Positions 20,731 through 30,935 of a DNA stretch of 64,000 bases are shown here, in pieces. The position numbers were made by a program, and so were the translations under genes. The notes beneath the pieces were generated by a model. That model was not told the DNA's origin. It searched no databases and saw only the letters and a program-made list of their open reading frames with translations. Within the stretch, counting starts at the first letter, position 1; each line of letters starts with the position of its first letter. The stretch comes from Acetobacteraceae bacterium. GTDB taxonomy: Bacteria; Pseudomonadota; Alphaproteobacteria; Acetobacterales; Acetobacteraceae. The stretch is from contig JBBART010000012.1 in the NCBI GenBank assembly GCA_040399685.1, positions 52,673 to 116,672 on the forward strand, in the 5' to 3' direction.

Positions 20731-21141
20731 GTGAAAATGGCGCATTTTGTGGGCGTTATCGACGGCGCGGGTGATGTTTGGGGCGTTCGCGTTCCCGATC
20801 TGCCGGGGTGCCATGGTGGCGGCGATACGATGGATGCCGCAATTGCAGACGTTATTTCCGCTGCGCGGGAATGGGCGGAACACCGCCGCGCGAAGGGGTT
20901 GGCTATACCCACCGCCACGTCCATCGCGGATCTGATCGCAGCCGGTGCAATCGATGTGGCGGCAGGTGAAGCCACCGTTATGATCCCATTGCTGTTGGAC
21001 AGCGGCAGGTCAGTGCGGGCAAACCTTTCATTCGATGCGGGATTGCTGGATGCCATTGATGATGCTGCGAAGCTGCGCGGCCTCACCCGATCGGCGTTTA
21101 TTGCGTCAGCCGCCCGCGAGAAGATCAGCGCCGAAGCATGA
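20731..21141 (+). CDS. hicB: HicB family antitoxin with C-terminal ribbon-helix-helix domain
   Basis: 136 aa. The N-terminus is HicB-like (VRVPDLPGCHGGGDTMDAAI). The C-terminus is CopG/RHH-like (ANLSFDAGLLDAIDDAAKLRGLTRSAFIASAAREK). Confidence 0.85.
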   Translation: MKMAHFVGVIDGAGDVWGVRVPDLPGCHGGGDTMDAAIADVISAAREWAEHRRAKGLAIPTATSIADLIAAGAIDVAAGEATVMIPLLLDSGRSVRANLSFDAGLLDAIDDAAKLRGLTRSAFIASAAREKISAEA

Positions 21142-21191
21142 AACGACATGAAGGCGTTTCTAAATCAAACAACTAAAAGTAATAGGTAAGA

Positions 21192-21313
21192 GTTCTTTTT
21201 TGAAAAAAAGAACCAAAAAACTTCAGTCATTCAGGTGTGTGTCGCTGCATTGGCCACGCCATACACTTGAATGGTTGAAAGTCTTTTTGCTTCTTTTTCT
21301 TCAGAAAAAGAAG
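21192..21313. repeat. three-hairpin palindromic intergenic element, copy 3 (inverted orientation)
   Basis: gttctttttt-g-aaaaaaagaac, then caaaaaac..stem..gtctttttg, then cttctttttc-ttca-gaaaaagaag. It lies between the hicB stop (21141) and the FAD oxidoreductase stop (21327). Confidence 0.8.
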
Positions 21314-21326
21314 GCCTTCCCCTTCT

Positions 21327-22427
21327 CTACCCCACCGCCTCCGCCACCAGATCCGCCAACGCAATCGCCGAGGTCAGCCCCGGGCTTTCAATCCCGAACA
21401 GGTTCACCAGCCCGCTCACCCCGTGCACCGCCGGCGGCTGCACCACGAAATCCATCGCAGGCGCCCCCTTGGCCGACAGCTTCGGCCGAATGCCGGCATA
21501 GCCAGGCTGCAACGCGCCATCTTTCAGCCCCGGCCAATACCGGCGCACGGCGTCGTAGAACCCATCGGCGCGGCTGGGGTCCACGGTGTAGTCCAGCGTG
21601 TCCACCCACTCCACATCCGGCCCGAACCTGGCCTGTCCGCCGAGGTCGATGGTCAGATGCACGCCCAGCCCGCCGGCCACCGGCACCGGATAGATCAGGC
21701 GCGAGAACGGGGAGGCGCCGGTGAGGGTGAAGTAGCAGCCTTTGCCGTAATACTGCGTCGGCACCAACTGGGTTGGCATGCCGGCGAGGGAGCGGGCCAG
21801 TTCGGTGGCGTGCAGCCCGGCGCTGTTGATCAGCAACTTGCAGCGCAGATGCATGGGGTCGGCCCCGCCGACTTCGATTTCCACGCCGTCCTCAAGGGTG
21901 CGGCCGCGCAGGATGGGGCTGTGGAAGACGAACATCGCGCCATGCGCCTCGGCGTCGCCTTGCAGGGCGAGCATGTAGCCGTGGCTGTCCAGAATGCCGG
22001 TCTCGGGGGACAGCAGGGCGGAGGTGCACACCAGGTTCGGCTCCAGCGCGCGGGCCTTGGCTGCGGTCAGCACGCGCATGCCCTCCACGCCGTTGGCTTC
22101 GGCGCGGGCCTGGATGCCGGCGAGTTTGGCGTCTTCCTCGGGGGAGGTGGCCACGATCAGCTTGCCGGATTTGCGATAGTCCACGCCGTGTTCATCGCAG
22201 AACGCATAAAGCTGCCGGCGCCCGGCCACGCAGAGGCGGGCCATCAGGCTGTCCTTGGCGTAATAGATGCCGGCGTGAATCACCTCGCTGTTGCGGGATG
22301 ACACGCCGGTGCCGATGCCCTCGGCGGCATCCAGCACAATCACCTCGCGCCCGGCGCGTGCCAGGGCGCGGGCCACGGCAATGCCGACAACACCGGCGCC
22401 TGCCACCACAACGTCCACCGATTCCAT
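21327..22427 (-). CDS. FAD-dependent oxidoreductase (L-2-hydroxyglutarate dehydrogenase-like)
   Basis: Dinucleotide fold [17 protein letters not shown] and an [13 protein letters not shown] block. Start set at MESVD, preceded by a ggggaaa RBS. Confidence 0.8.
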   Translation of the reverse strand: MESVDVVVAGAGVVGIAVARALARAGREVIVLDAAEGIGTGVSSRNSEVIHAGIYYAKDSLMARLCVAGRRQLYAFCDEHGVDYRKSGKLIVATSPEEDAKLAGIQARAEANGVEGMRVLTAAKARALEPNLVCTSALLSPETGILDSHGYMLALQGDAEAHGAMFVFHSPILRGRTLEDGVEIEVGGADPMHLRCKLLINSAGLHATELARSLAGMPTQLVPTQYYGKGCYFTLTGASPFSRLIYPVPVAGGLGVHLTIDLGGQARFGPDVEWVDTLDYTVDPSRADGFYDAVRRYWPGLKDGALQPGYAGIRPKLSAKGAPAMDFVVQPPAVHGVSGLVNLFGIESPGLTSAIALADLVAEAVG

Positions 22428-22483
22428 CGCATTTCCCCAATTTGTCTGCATAGTGGCACTGCACGATGACGAAGGAAAACCCG

Positions 22484-24058
22484 ATGCAGCGCCGCCATTT
22501 CCTCACCGCCGCCGCCGCCGGCCTTGCGGCCCCGTCCATTGCGCGTGCGCAGGGCAGTCGGGTGCTGCGTTTTGTCCCGGATGCCGATCTGGCGCTGCTC
22601 GACCCTACGTGGGTGACGGCCTACCAAACCCGTGATCACGGCTTCATGGTGTATGATACACTGTTCGGCCAGGACCAGAATTACACAGCCAAGCCGCAGA
22701 TGCTGGATGGCTATGCGGTGGAGAACAACGGCCTGCTCTGGCGCCTGGTGCTGCGCGACGGGTTGGTGTTTCACGATGGCGAACGGGTGCTGGCGCGGGA
22801 TGCCGCCGCGTCCATCCGTCGGTGGGCGAGGCGGGATGTGTTCGGCCAGGCGCTGGCCGTGGCGATTGACGAGATCAGCGCGCCGGATGACCGCACCATC
22901 GTCATCCGCCTGAAAACCCCGTTTCCGCTGCTGCCGGATGCGCTGGCGAAAACCTCGCCGATGATGTGCGGCATCATGCCCGCCCGCATTGCCGAGGCGG
23001 ACCCGACAAAGCCCATCACCGACCCCACCGGCAGCGGCCCGTTTGTGTATGTGGCCGATGAGCGGATTGCCGGGGCGCGGGTGGTCTACAAGAAGTTCGA
23101 CAAATATGTGCCGCGCCAGGGCGTGGCCGAGCGCACGTCCGGCCCCAAGATCGTGCATTTCGACCGGGTGGAATGGACCATCCTGCAAGACCCCGCCACG
23201 TCCTCGGCGGCGTTGCAGCGGGGCGAGGTGGATTGGCTTTATACGCCGCAGGCCGATCTGCTGCCGTTGCTGAAGCGGGCGAAGGGGGTTGCCACCCGCG
23301 TGGTGGTGCCCACCGGCACCATCGCCACCATGCGGTTCAATCACACGCAGGCGCCGTTCAACAACCCGGCCCTGCGCCGCGCCATTTTCGGGGCCATCAC
23401 GCAGAGCGATTACATGATCGCGGTGAACGGAGACGATCGCAGTCGCTGGAATGACGGCGTGGGGTATTTCTGCCCGAACACCCCGATGGCGAGCAGCGCC
23501 GGCATGGAGGCGCTGACCGGGCCGCGCGATTTCGACAAGGTGAAGCGCGACATCGAAGCCGCCGGCTACAAGGGCGAGCGCGTGCTGCTGATGGCGCCGC
23601 AGGACATCGCCAGCGTGAAGGCGTTGGCCGAGGTGAGCGCGGATGTTCTCAAGCGCATCGGCCTGAACCTGGAAGTGGCGTCGATGGACTGGGCCAGTTC
23701 GCTGAGCCGTCGCTTCAAGAGCGGCACGCCGGAGGAAGGCGGCTGGAGCATCTTCCAGACCTCATGGGCCGGCACCGACCACATCAACCCGGCCGGCCAT
23801 GTGTTCCTGCGCGGCAACGGGAAAGACGCCGCTCCCGGCTGGCCCGCCAGCCCGCGGATCGAGGAACTGCGCGCCACCTGGCTGCAAACCGAGGGGGTGG
23901 ACGCCCAGCGCAAGATTGCCGAGCAGATCCAGCTTCAGGCGTTTCAGGACGTGCCGTATATCCCACTCGGCCAGACCATCACCACCACGGCCTATCGGGC
24001 GGACCTGACCGGCATGCTCGATGGGTTGCCGCTGTTCTGGAACATCAGGCGCGGCTGA
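22484..24058 (+). CDS. ABC transporter substrate-binding protein, family 5 (peptide/nickel type)
   Basis: Twin-arginine signal [22 protein letters not shown], with size and composition typical of SBP_bac_5. No cognate permease genes are adjacent. Confidence 0.85.
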   Translation: MQRRHFLTAAAAGLAAPSIARAQGSRVLRFVPDADLALLDPTWVTAYQTRDHGFMVYDTLFGQDQNYTAKPQMLDGYAVENNGLLWRLVLRDGLVFHDGERVLARDAAASIRRWARRDVFGQALAVAIDEISAPDDRTIVIRLKTPFPLLPDALAKTSPMMCGIMPARIAEADPTKPITDPTGSGPFVYVADERIAGARVVYKKFDKYVPRQGVAERTSGPKIVHFDRVEWTILQDPATSSAALQRGEVDWLYTPQADLLPLLKRAKGVATRVVVPTGTIATMRFNHTQAPFNNPALRRAIFGAITQSDYMIAVNGDDRSRWNDGVGYFCPNTPMASSAGMEALTGPRDFDKVKRDIEAAGYKGERVLLMAPQDIASVKALAEVSADVLKRIGLNLEVASMDWASSLSRRFKSGTPEEGGWSIFQTSWAGTDHINPAGHVFLRGNGKDAAPGWPASPRIEELRATWLQTEGVDAQRKIAEQIQLQAFQDVPYIPLGQTITTTAYRADLTGMLDGLPLFWNIRRG

Positions 24059-24060
24059 GA

Positions 24061-24432
24061 TTAGCTCAGCAACACGCCCGGTGGCCGCCCGCCGGTGGTG
24101 CCAGTGGTGGACAGCGCTTCCCCCACGTCTTTCGCGCTTTGTGCGGGAAGCTGGAAGCTCATCCACAGGCCGCCGGCGAGTTGGAGCATCAGGATCGGCT
24201 CCATGTTGACGTTGGACACGCCGGTTTTCCACGCCGTCACCGGCAGATGCGCATCCGTCACATGCGTGCCGGCGGGCGGCGGCTCGGTGGCGCTGCTGGC
24301 GAGGGCAGCTGCTACCAAGGCGCGACCGAAGATGGCCGCGGCTTCAGCGGGCAGCGGCCACACGATGTCGCCGTAGCGCACGATCACTGTGCCGCCCGCA
24401 CCGATCTCAACAGACATGGGGGTTGCGGTCAT
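24061..24432 (-). CDS. hypothetical protein, translationally coupled to folD
   Basis: 123 aa. Its ATG overlaps the folD TGA (ATGA at 24429-24432). No recognisable family. Confidence 0.45.
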   Translation of the reverse strand: MTATPMSVEIGAGGTVIVRYGDIVWPLPAEAAAIFGRALVAAALASSATEPPPAGTHVTDAHLPVTAWKTGVSNVNMEPILMLQLAGGLWMSFQLPAQSAKDVGEALSTTGTTGGRPPGVLLS

Positions 24433-25280
24433 GCGGCCGTCCCCCGGCGGCGCAAGGCCGCTGTGAGGGTGTTTTCCAGCAGGCAGGCAATGGTCATCGG
24501 GCCAACGCCGCCAGGAACGGGCGTGATGGCACGAGCGATCTTGGCACATTCGTCGAACGCCACGTCGCCCACCAGACGGCCATCGGCCAGCCGGTTGATG
24601 CCGACATCGATCACCACGGCACCGGGGGCGATCCAGTCGGCGCGCACCATTTCCGGGCGGCCGACGGCGGCCACCAGCACATCGGCGCGGCGGCATTCGG
24701 CTTCCAGGTTGCGGGTGCGCGAATGGGCGATGGTGACGGTGGCATCGGCCGCCAGCAGCAGCGCCGCCACCGGCTTGCCCACCAGCACCGAGCGGCCCAG
24801 CACCACAGCGCGGGCACCGCTGAGGCTGATGCCGGCATGGCCCAGCAGCTTCATCACGCCCAGCGGCGTGCAGGGCACCAACGCCGCCTGACCGGCCACC
24901 AGAAGGCCGGCATTGGTGGGCGTGAGGCCGTCGACGTCCTTGGCCGGGTCGATGGCGAGGATGATGGCGGCGCTGTCGAGGCCCTTTGGCAACGGCAACT
25001 GCACCAGAATGCCGTCGATCTCGGGGTCGACGTTCAGCGCCTCCACCACTTTCAGCAGATCGGCCTGCGATGTGTCGGCGGGCAGACGGATGGTGCGGGC
25101 GGCGATGCCAACGGCCTGGGCCGCGCGGTCCTTGTTGCGGACATAGACAGCGCTGGCCGGATCGTCACCCACCAGCACCACGGCCAGGCCGGGGCGGAAA
25201 TCGAGGGTGGCGATGCGCTCGCCCAGGGCGGTGCGCAGGCCGGCGGCCACGGCGCGGCCATCAATGATCATTGCGGTCAT
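24429..25280 (-). CDS. folD: bifunctional methylenetetrahydrofolate dehydrogenase/cyclohydrolase
   Basis: 283 aa with [25 protein letters not shown] and [10 protein letters not shown] motifs. Confidence 0.95.
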   Translation of the reverse strand: MTAMIIDGRAVAAGLRTALGERIATLDFRPGLAVVLVGDDPASAVYVRNKDRAAQAVGIAARTIRLPADTSQADLLKVVEALNVDPEIDGILVQLPLPKGLDSAAIILAIDPAKDVDGLTPTNAGLLVAGQAALVPCTPLGVMKLLGHAGISLSGARAVVLGRSVLVGKPVAALLLAADATVTIAHSRTRNLEAECRRADVLVAAVGRPEMVRADWIAPGAVVIDVGINRLADGRLVGDVAFDECAKIARAITPVPGGVGPMTIACLLENTLTAALRRRGTAA

Positions 25281-25606
25281 GTTGGGCTTTCAGAAAATTC
25301 GGATGAGATTAGGACCAGCTTCGCGCCCAGCAGCGCGGGGTCGCCGGTGACGCGCAGCAGTTTTTGGCGGCTGCTGGCGCCTTGGATGACCGCAACGGTG
25401 CTGACGGCTACACCCAAAGCCGTGGCCAGCGTGGCGCAGACGGCGTCGTTCGCACGGCCGCCTTCGGGAGCTGCGGTCACGCCAATGCGCAGCCGCCAGC
25501 CGTCGATGTCCGGCGCCAGGCCCATCAATCCGGGCCGGCGCGATTTCGGCATCGCCTTGACTGCCACGCTGACGCTCACGGCATCGGCGCGCCAGAATAG
25601 GGACAC
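25277..25606 (-). CDS. DUF167 (YggU-like) family protein
   Basis: Conserved position after yggT, with GGRANDAV and the ending [12 protein letters not shown] typical of DUF167. The proposed GTG start shares one nt with the yggT TAG. Confidence 0.7.
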   Translation of the reverse strand: MSLFWRADAVSVSVAVKAMPKSRRPGLMGLAPDIDGWRLRIGVTAAPEGGRANDAVCATLATALGVAVSTVAVIQGASSRQKLLRVTGDPALLGAKLVLISSEFSESPT

Positions 25607-25935
25607 TACAGGAACAGACCCTGCACGTTGCCGAACACGATCGCGCCATGGATGCGCCCCAGGAAGCTCTGGAGCAGCTGGATGGCGAGCAACAGCACCA
25701 GGGGGCTGAAATCGATGCTGCCGAAGGTGGGCAGAATGCGGCGAATGGGCCGCAGCGCCGGCTCGGTGGTGCGATACAGGAAATCGCCGATCGTCCAGAC
25801 CATCCGGTTGCGGGTGTCCAGAACGCCGAACGAACTCAACGTGGTGAACACGGCAGACAGGATGACCAGCCACCAAAATAGGCTGAGCAGGCCGTGTGCG
25901 ACAGAAAACAGCATTTCAATCAGGTCGGTGATCAC
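25606..25935 (-). CDS. yggT: YggT family membrane protein
   Basis: 109 aa with hydrophobic helices and the EPALRPIRRILP motif. Confidence 0.8.
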   Translation of the reverse strand: MITDLIEMLFSVAHGLLSLFWWLVILSAVFTTLSSFGVLDTRNRMVWTIGDFLYRTTEPALRPIRRILPTFGSIDFSPLVLLLAIQLLQSFLGRIHGAIVFGNVQGLFL

Positions 25936-26100
25936 GCTGCGGGCTCCAAAAACGATTGTCGGAACCTACGCGGAGCGCGGGGTGGGCCGCAACGGGGGAG
26001 CGTTTATGTGCAAACCCCGCTTGACTTGGCCTGATCTCATGAGCAATGTCCGCCGCCTGCGGAACGGGCTCGGTTTGCCCGAATCCGATGGCGTGGAGAT

Positions 26101-26176
<76 letters not shown>

Positions 26177-26258
26177 TCCCCCCAGTTTTGGAAAATTTCG
26201 CCATTTACATCCAGACCCAAGTCTCCCAGTCCCGCATCGTGCCGCACGCGAGCGCATC

Positions 26259-27497
26259 GTGACCGACCCTACCCGCGAAGCTGCGTATGATCTGCTGTGC
26301 CTGACGTTCGGCAAGCATCGTCCGCTTGATGAGGGCCTCGCGGCCCTCGGCGGGCTTGATGCGCGGGACCGCGCGGCCGGCCATAGGCTTGCTGCCGCCG
26401 TGCTGCGCCGCACCGGGTCGCTGGACGCGGTGCTGGAGCCGTTCCTAAAAAAGCGCCCGCCTGATGAGGTTGCTCATATTTTGCGCATCGGCGCCGCTGG
26501 GCTGCTGTTGCTGGACACGCCGAAGCACGCAGCCGTCGCCACCGCCGTTTCACTGGCCCGCACCCGTGGCTTTTCGGCTTTCACTGGGTTGGTGAACGCG
26601 GTGCTGCGTCGTGTGTCCGAGCATGGGGTTGCGGCCCTCGAAGGGCTGGACGGCCCACGTTTGGACACGCCGCCCTGGCTGTGGAACGCCTGGGGTCACG
26701 AAGCCCGCGCCATCGCCCGCGCCAACAACGCCGAAGCGCCGCTGGATCTGTCGGTGCGCCCAGGCGCCACCCCGCCGGAGGGCGCCGTGGCGCTGCCGAC
26801 CGGAAGCTTCCGCTGTGAAGCCGGCACCCGCGTGATGGAACTCGCCGGTTTCGCCGAGGGTGATATTTGGGTGCAGGACGCCGCCGCCGCCCTTCCGGCC
26901 CGCCTGCTTGCGGCCCAACCGGGTGAACACGTGGCCGATCTCTGTGCCGCACCGGGTGGCAAGACCGCTCAGCTGGCCATGACCGGCGCGCACGTTACCG
27001 CCATTGAAAGCCACCCCAGCCGCATCGTGCGCCTGCGCGAAAATCTCGCCCGGCTGCGTCTGGATGTGGACGTGATCGAGGCCGATGCCGGCGCCTGGCG
27101 CCCGCCCGCGCCGCTGGATGCGGTTCTGCTGGACGCACCATGCAGCGCCACCGGCACCATACGCCGTCATCCAGACATTCTGCATCTCAAGCGCCCGCGC
27201 GACATTCAGGGCCTTGTGGCCCAGCAGGACCGTCTGCTCGACGCAGCCTGCGACATGCTGCGGCCGGGCGGGCGGCTGATTTATGCCGTGTGTTCGTTGC
27301 AGCCCGAAGAAGGTGCTGCGCGGATTGAAGCCGCCTTGCAGCGTCTCAGCCTGCGGTTGTTGCCGTTCACGGCCGATGAAATTCCGGGCCTTCCCAATGC
27401 GCTGACGCCGCAAGGATATGTGCGCACAACCCCGGCGATGTGGGCGGAGCGCGGTGGGATGGATGGTTTCTTTGTCGCCCGCATGGTTCGCACCTGA
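26259..27497 (+). CDS. rsmB: 16S rRNA (cytosine-C5)-methyltransferase RsmB/Sun family
   Basis: SAM motif [10 protein letters not shown] and catalytic [18 protein letters not shown] start. Confidence 0.85.
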   Translation: MTDPTREAAYDLLCLTFGKHRPLDEGLAALGGLDARDRAAGHRLAAAVLRRTGSLDAVLEPFLKKRPPDEVAHILRIGAAGLLLLDTPKHAAVATAVSLARTRGFSAFTGLVNAVLRRVSEHGVAALEGLDGPRLDTPPWLWNAWGHEARAIARANNAEAPLDLSVRPGATPPEGAVALPTGSFRCEAGTRVMELAGFAEGDIWVQDAAAALPARLLAAQPGEHVADLCAAPGGKTAQLAMTGAHVTAIESHPSRIVRLRENLARLRLDVDVIEADAGAWRPPAPLDAVLLDAPCSATGTIRRHPDILHLKRPRDIQGLVAQQDRLLDAACDMLRPGGRLIYAVCSLQPEEGAARIEAALQRLSLRLLPFTADEIPGLPNALTPQGYVRTTPAMWAERGGMDGFFVARMVRT

Positions 27498-27574
27498 ATT
27501 TGTATCCTTGTTTGCCGTAAGTTGGGGGAAGCCCTCGCTTGCGGCCAACACGCTGGTGTCGTTAGAAACAAACG

Positions 27575-28234
27575 ATGACAAAAAGCCCGATCATCGCCCC
27601 AAGCCTTCTTGCCGCTGATTTCTCACGATTGGGCGACGAAGTGCGCGCGGTTGAGGCCGCCGGTGCGGACTGGCTCCATCTTGACGTGATGGACGGTCAT
27701 TTCGTTCCCAACATTACGTTCGGCCCGCTGGTGGTGAAGGCGCTGCGCAAACACACCGCCATGCCGCTGGACGTGCATCTGATGATCGCGCCCTGCGATC
27801 CGTATATCGACGCCTTTGCCGAGGCGGGGGCGGACCATATCAGCATCCACCCCGAATCCGGCCCGCATCTGCACCGCTCGCTCCAGCGTATCCGTGCGCT
27901 GGGCAAGAAGGCCGGCGTGGTACTGAACCCGGCCACCCCGGTTGAATCGATCCTGTGGGTGATGGACCTCGTGGACATCATCATGGTGATGACGGTCAAC
28001 CCAGGGTTTGGCGGGCAGGCGTTCATTGAAAGCCAGTTGCCGAAAGTGGCCCTGCTGCGGCAGGCGATCGACGCCTCTGGCCGCCAGATCGCGCTGCAGA
28101 TCGATGGCGGCGTTACCACCCAGACAGCGCCCCGCCTGCTGGCGGCCGGGGCTGACACGTTGGTGGCCGGCACGGCGGTGTTCGGTGCCACCCATTATGC
28201 CACCGCCATTGCTTCCATTCGCGGCGTCGTCTGA
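27575..28234 (+). CDS. rpe: ribulose-phosphate 3-epimerase
   Basis: 219 aa with PSLLAADF, HLDVMDGHFVPN and VNPGFGGQ motifs. Confidence 0.95.
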   Translation: MTKSPIIAPSLLAADFSRLGDEVRAVEAAGADWLHLDVMDGHFVPNITFGPLVVKALRKHTAMPLDVHLMIAPCDPYIDAFAEAGADHISIHPESGPHLHRSLQRIRALGKKAGVVLNPATPVESILWVMDLVDIIMVMTVNPGFGGQAFIESQLPKVALLRQAIDASGRQIALQIDGGVTTQTAPRLLAAGADTLVAGTAVFGATHYATAIASIRGVV

Positions 28235-29823
28235 TGCCGCCCGATCCGGCGCGCTGGTTGCGGCGCACGATGGCGAAGATGCCGCAGATTGGCCTCGCCC
28301 GCGTGCCTGACGCACCCTTGCCGGTGGTGCGTGACCTCTGGCCTGGCGACGCCACGCGTGGCGCAAACCTGCTGAAGGGCGAGATTGAATTTGGTGGGCT
28401 CATCGGCCGCCTGACACCCGCCAGCTTCAGGGATCAGCAGGGGCCGGTTGCCCTGCGCACCGCCATTCACAGCTTCGGCTGGCTGCGGGATCTGCGGGCG
28501 CTCGGCACCGACGCAGCGCGCATTCACGGTCGCGCGATGGTGGGGGAATGGATCGCAACGCAGGCCTTGGAACCCTTGGCCGCCCGCCCGGATGTGGCGG
28601 GTGCCCGCATCGCCGCGTGGCTGGGCCATTACGACTTCTTCGCGGCCTCTGCCGATGATGGGTTTCGCCAAAGCCTGATGGGCCGCCTGGTGGCTTGCGC
28701 CCGCGGCCTGTCCGCCGCCCTGCCAGCCGAGGAGCAGGACGAGCGGGCGTTGACCGGCGTGAAGGGCCTGATCGCCGCAGCCGTGGCATTGCCGGAACAG
28801 ACGGCCTTCATGCAGCGCGCGCTGAAGATTTTGCCACAGGAAATCCAGCGCCAGATCCTGCCCGACGGCACCCATTGCGAGCGCAGCCCGGCCCAGCTTC
28901 TGGCAGCGCTGCAAGACCTCGCCGAGATCCGTAACCTGTTGCAGGCCGGCCAAACACCAATCCCGTCCGCCCTCACCAACGCCATCGAGCGCATGGCGCC
29001 GGTGCTGCGCGCCCTGCGCCACGGCGATGGCGGACTGGCCTTGTTCAATGGGTCGCGCGAGGAAAGCCCCGCCTTGATCGAGGCTGTGCTGACCCAGGCT
29101 GGCCGCGCCGGACGTGTGCCGTCTTCGATGACAGATGGTGGCTTCCAGCGCCTTGCCGCCGGCCGTAGCCTGTTGATCATCGATTGCGGCAAGCCCCCTG
29201 CACCGGGGATGGACCGTTTCGCCCATGCGGGCACGTTGTCGTTCGAACTGTCGATCGGTCGGGACCGGATGATCGTTAATTGCGGCGCTGCGCCCGGCGC
29301 TTTCGGCGACTGGCGCGACGCGGCGCGGTCCACAGCAGCGCATTCGACGTTGATCATCGCCGATACCAACTCGTCCGAGTTGCTTCCTGACGGGCTTGGC
29401 CGCAGGCCAGCGAATGTGGAGCAGCAACGCCAGGAGGCCGGCGGCGCGCACTGGCTGGAAATGAGTCATGACGGCTGGGGCCGCCCGTTCGGCGCCGTGC
29501 ATCGCCGGCGGCTTTATATGGCCGATAGCGGAGACGACATTCGCGGCGAGGATCTGATCGAGGCGGAGAGCCCGCAGCCTTACACCGTGCGCTTCCATCT
29601 GCACCCGAATGTGGATGCCAGCCTGCAACAGGATGGCGAGGCGATCCTGTTGCGCCTGCCCTCCGGCAGCGGCTGGCGACTGCGGGCCGATGGCGCGCAA
29701 CTGTCTCTGGAAGACAGCATCTATCTCGGCGGCGCCACGCCGCGCAAAAGCGAGCAGGTGGTGCTGACGGGCTATGAGGATGGCCCCCAGCAGATCAAAT
29801 GGGCGATCACGCGCGTCGGATGA
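28234..29823 (+). CDS. heparinase II/III-like family protein
   Basis: 529 aa with an HSFGWLRDLRA block. It occupies the position between rpe and purH that I recall for this family in alphaproteobacteria. Confidence 0.7.
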   Translation: MPPDPARWLRRTMAKMPQIGLARVPDAPLPVVRDLWPGDATRGANLLKGEIEFGGLIGRLTPASFRDQQGPVALRTAIHSFGWLRDLRALGTDAARIHGRAMVGEWIATQALEPLAARPDVAGARIAAWLGHYDFFAASADDGFRQSLMGRLVACARGLSAALPAEEQDERALTGVKGLIAAAVALPEQTAFMQRALKILPQEIQRQILPDGTHCERSPAQLLAALQDLAEIRNLLQAGQTPIPSALTNAIERMAPVLRALRHGDGGLALFNGSREESPALIEAVLTQAGRAGRVPSSMTDGGFQRLAAGRSLLIIDCGKPPAPGMDRFAHAGTLSFELSIGRDRMIVNCGAAPGAFGDWRDAARSTAAHSTLIIADTNSSELLPDGLGRRPANVEQQRQEAGGAHWLEMSHDGWGRPFGAVHRRRLYMADSGDDIRGEDLIEAESPQPYTVRFHLHPNVDASLQQDGEAILLRLPSGSGWRLRADGAQLSLEDSIYLGGATPRKSEQVVLTGYEDGPQQIKWAITRVG

Positions 29824-30920
29824 AAATCGTCGAGATCACCAACGTCGATTTCTCGCTTCGGCATTTCCTGCTGCCCCTGATGCGCGGCCTGCGGGCCCGG
29901 GGGCATGAGGTGATCGGCGCGTCGGCCGAGGGGCCGTTGCTGGAAGTGGCGCGCGCCGAAGGGTTCCGGGTGGTTGGCCTGCCGCTGGCCCGCAGCCTGT
30001 CGCCGGTCGCCCAATGGCGGGCGTTCCGCGCCCTGGTGGCGTTTCTGCGCGCCGAAAGGCCGGATCTCGTGCACGGCCACATGCCCATCAGCGGCTTTCT
30101 GGCGCGGGTGGCCGCCCGCGTCGCGGGGGTGCCGCGCGTGGCCTATACCTGCCACGGCTTCCTTTTCAATCAGCCCGGCCCGTGGCCCCGCCGCGCGGTG
30201 GCGTTCGTGATGGAACTGGTCGGCGGCCAGCTGACCGATGTTCACATGACCGTCTCGCGCGAGGAGGCCGCCGATGCCCGCCGGCTGTGGATCAATCGCG
30301 GCAGCACCGCCATCGGCAACGGCCGCGACCCGGCCCGTTTTCATCCAGACCCGGAAGCCCGCGCCCGGCTGCGTGCGGAATTGGGGGTGCCGGAGGATCG
30401 TGTGGTCATCACCGCCATCTCCCGCCTTGTGCGCCACAAGGGCTATCCCGAACTTCTCGCGGCCATGAAGAACGTGGATGCCGAATTGTGGGTGGTGGGC
30501 GAGCGCCTGCCGTCCGATCATGGCGAGGACATGGAGCCGTATTTCGCCGATAGCGGCCTCGGCCCCCGGCTGCGGCGTCTCGGCTATCGTGACGATATTC
30601 CAGCCATTCTGGCGGCATCGGACGTGTTCACCCTGCCCAGCCATTTCGAAGGTCTGCCGATGTCGATCATCGAGGCCATGCTCACGGCACTCCCGGTTGT
30701 GGCCACCGATATACGCGGCCCACGTGAACAAGTGGTGAACGACGAGACCGGTTTTCTCGTCCCGCCCGCCACGGTGGCACCTTTGGCCGCAGCACTCAGC
30801 CTGCTTGCGACCGACCCGGACCTGCGGGCGCGGCTGGGTGCGGCCGGTCGTGCGCGGGCGCTCGGTCTTTTTGACGAGGCTGTTGTGCTCGCACGAACGC
30901 TGGACCTGCTGGGAGCCTAG
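29820..30920 (+). CDS. glycosyltransferase family 4
   Basis: GT-B fold motifs: SRLVRHKGY and PSHFEGLPMSIIEAMLTALPVVATD (E-x7-E). Its start overlaps the upstream stop (ATGA). Confidence 0.85.
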   Translation: MKIVEITNVDFSLRHFLLPLMRGLRARGHEVIGASAEGPLLEVARAEGFRVVGLPLARSLSPVAQWRAFRALVAFLRAERPDLVHGHMPISGFLARVAARVAGVPRVAYTCHGFLFNQPGPWPRRAVAFVMELVGGQLTDVHMTVSREEAADARRLWINRGSTAIGNGRDPARFHPDPEARARLRAELGVPEDRVVITAISRLVRHKGYPELLAAMKNVDAELWVVGERLPSDHGEDMEPYFADSGLGPRLRRLGYRDDIPAILAASDVFTLPSHFEGLPMSIIEAMLTALPVVATDIRGPREQVVNDETGFLVPPATVAPLAAALSLLATDPDLRARLGAAGRARALGLFDEAVVLARTLDLLGA

Positions 30921-30935
30921 GTTTAATACGCGGGG

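Larger units (their letters stand above)
17946..21190. mobile_element. small decayed integrative islet (integrase remnant, GTPase-DUF697, two TA modules)
   Basis: A block of accessory genes, including a low-GC gene, sits between core genes ggt and an FAD oxidoreductase. An integrase 3' remnant lies at the left edge. No flanking direct repeats were identified by eye. Confidence 0.5.
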
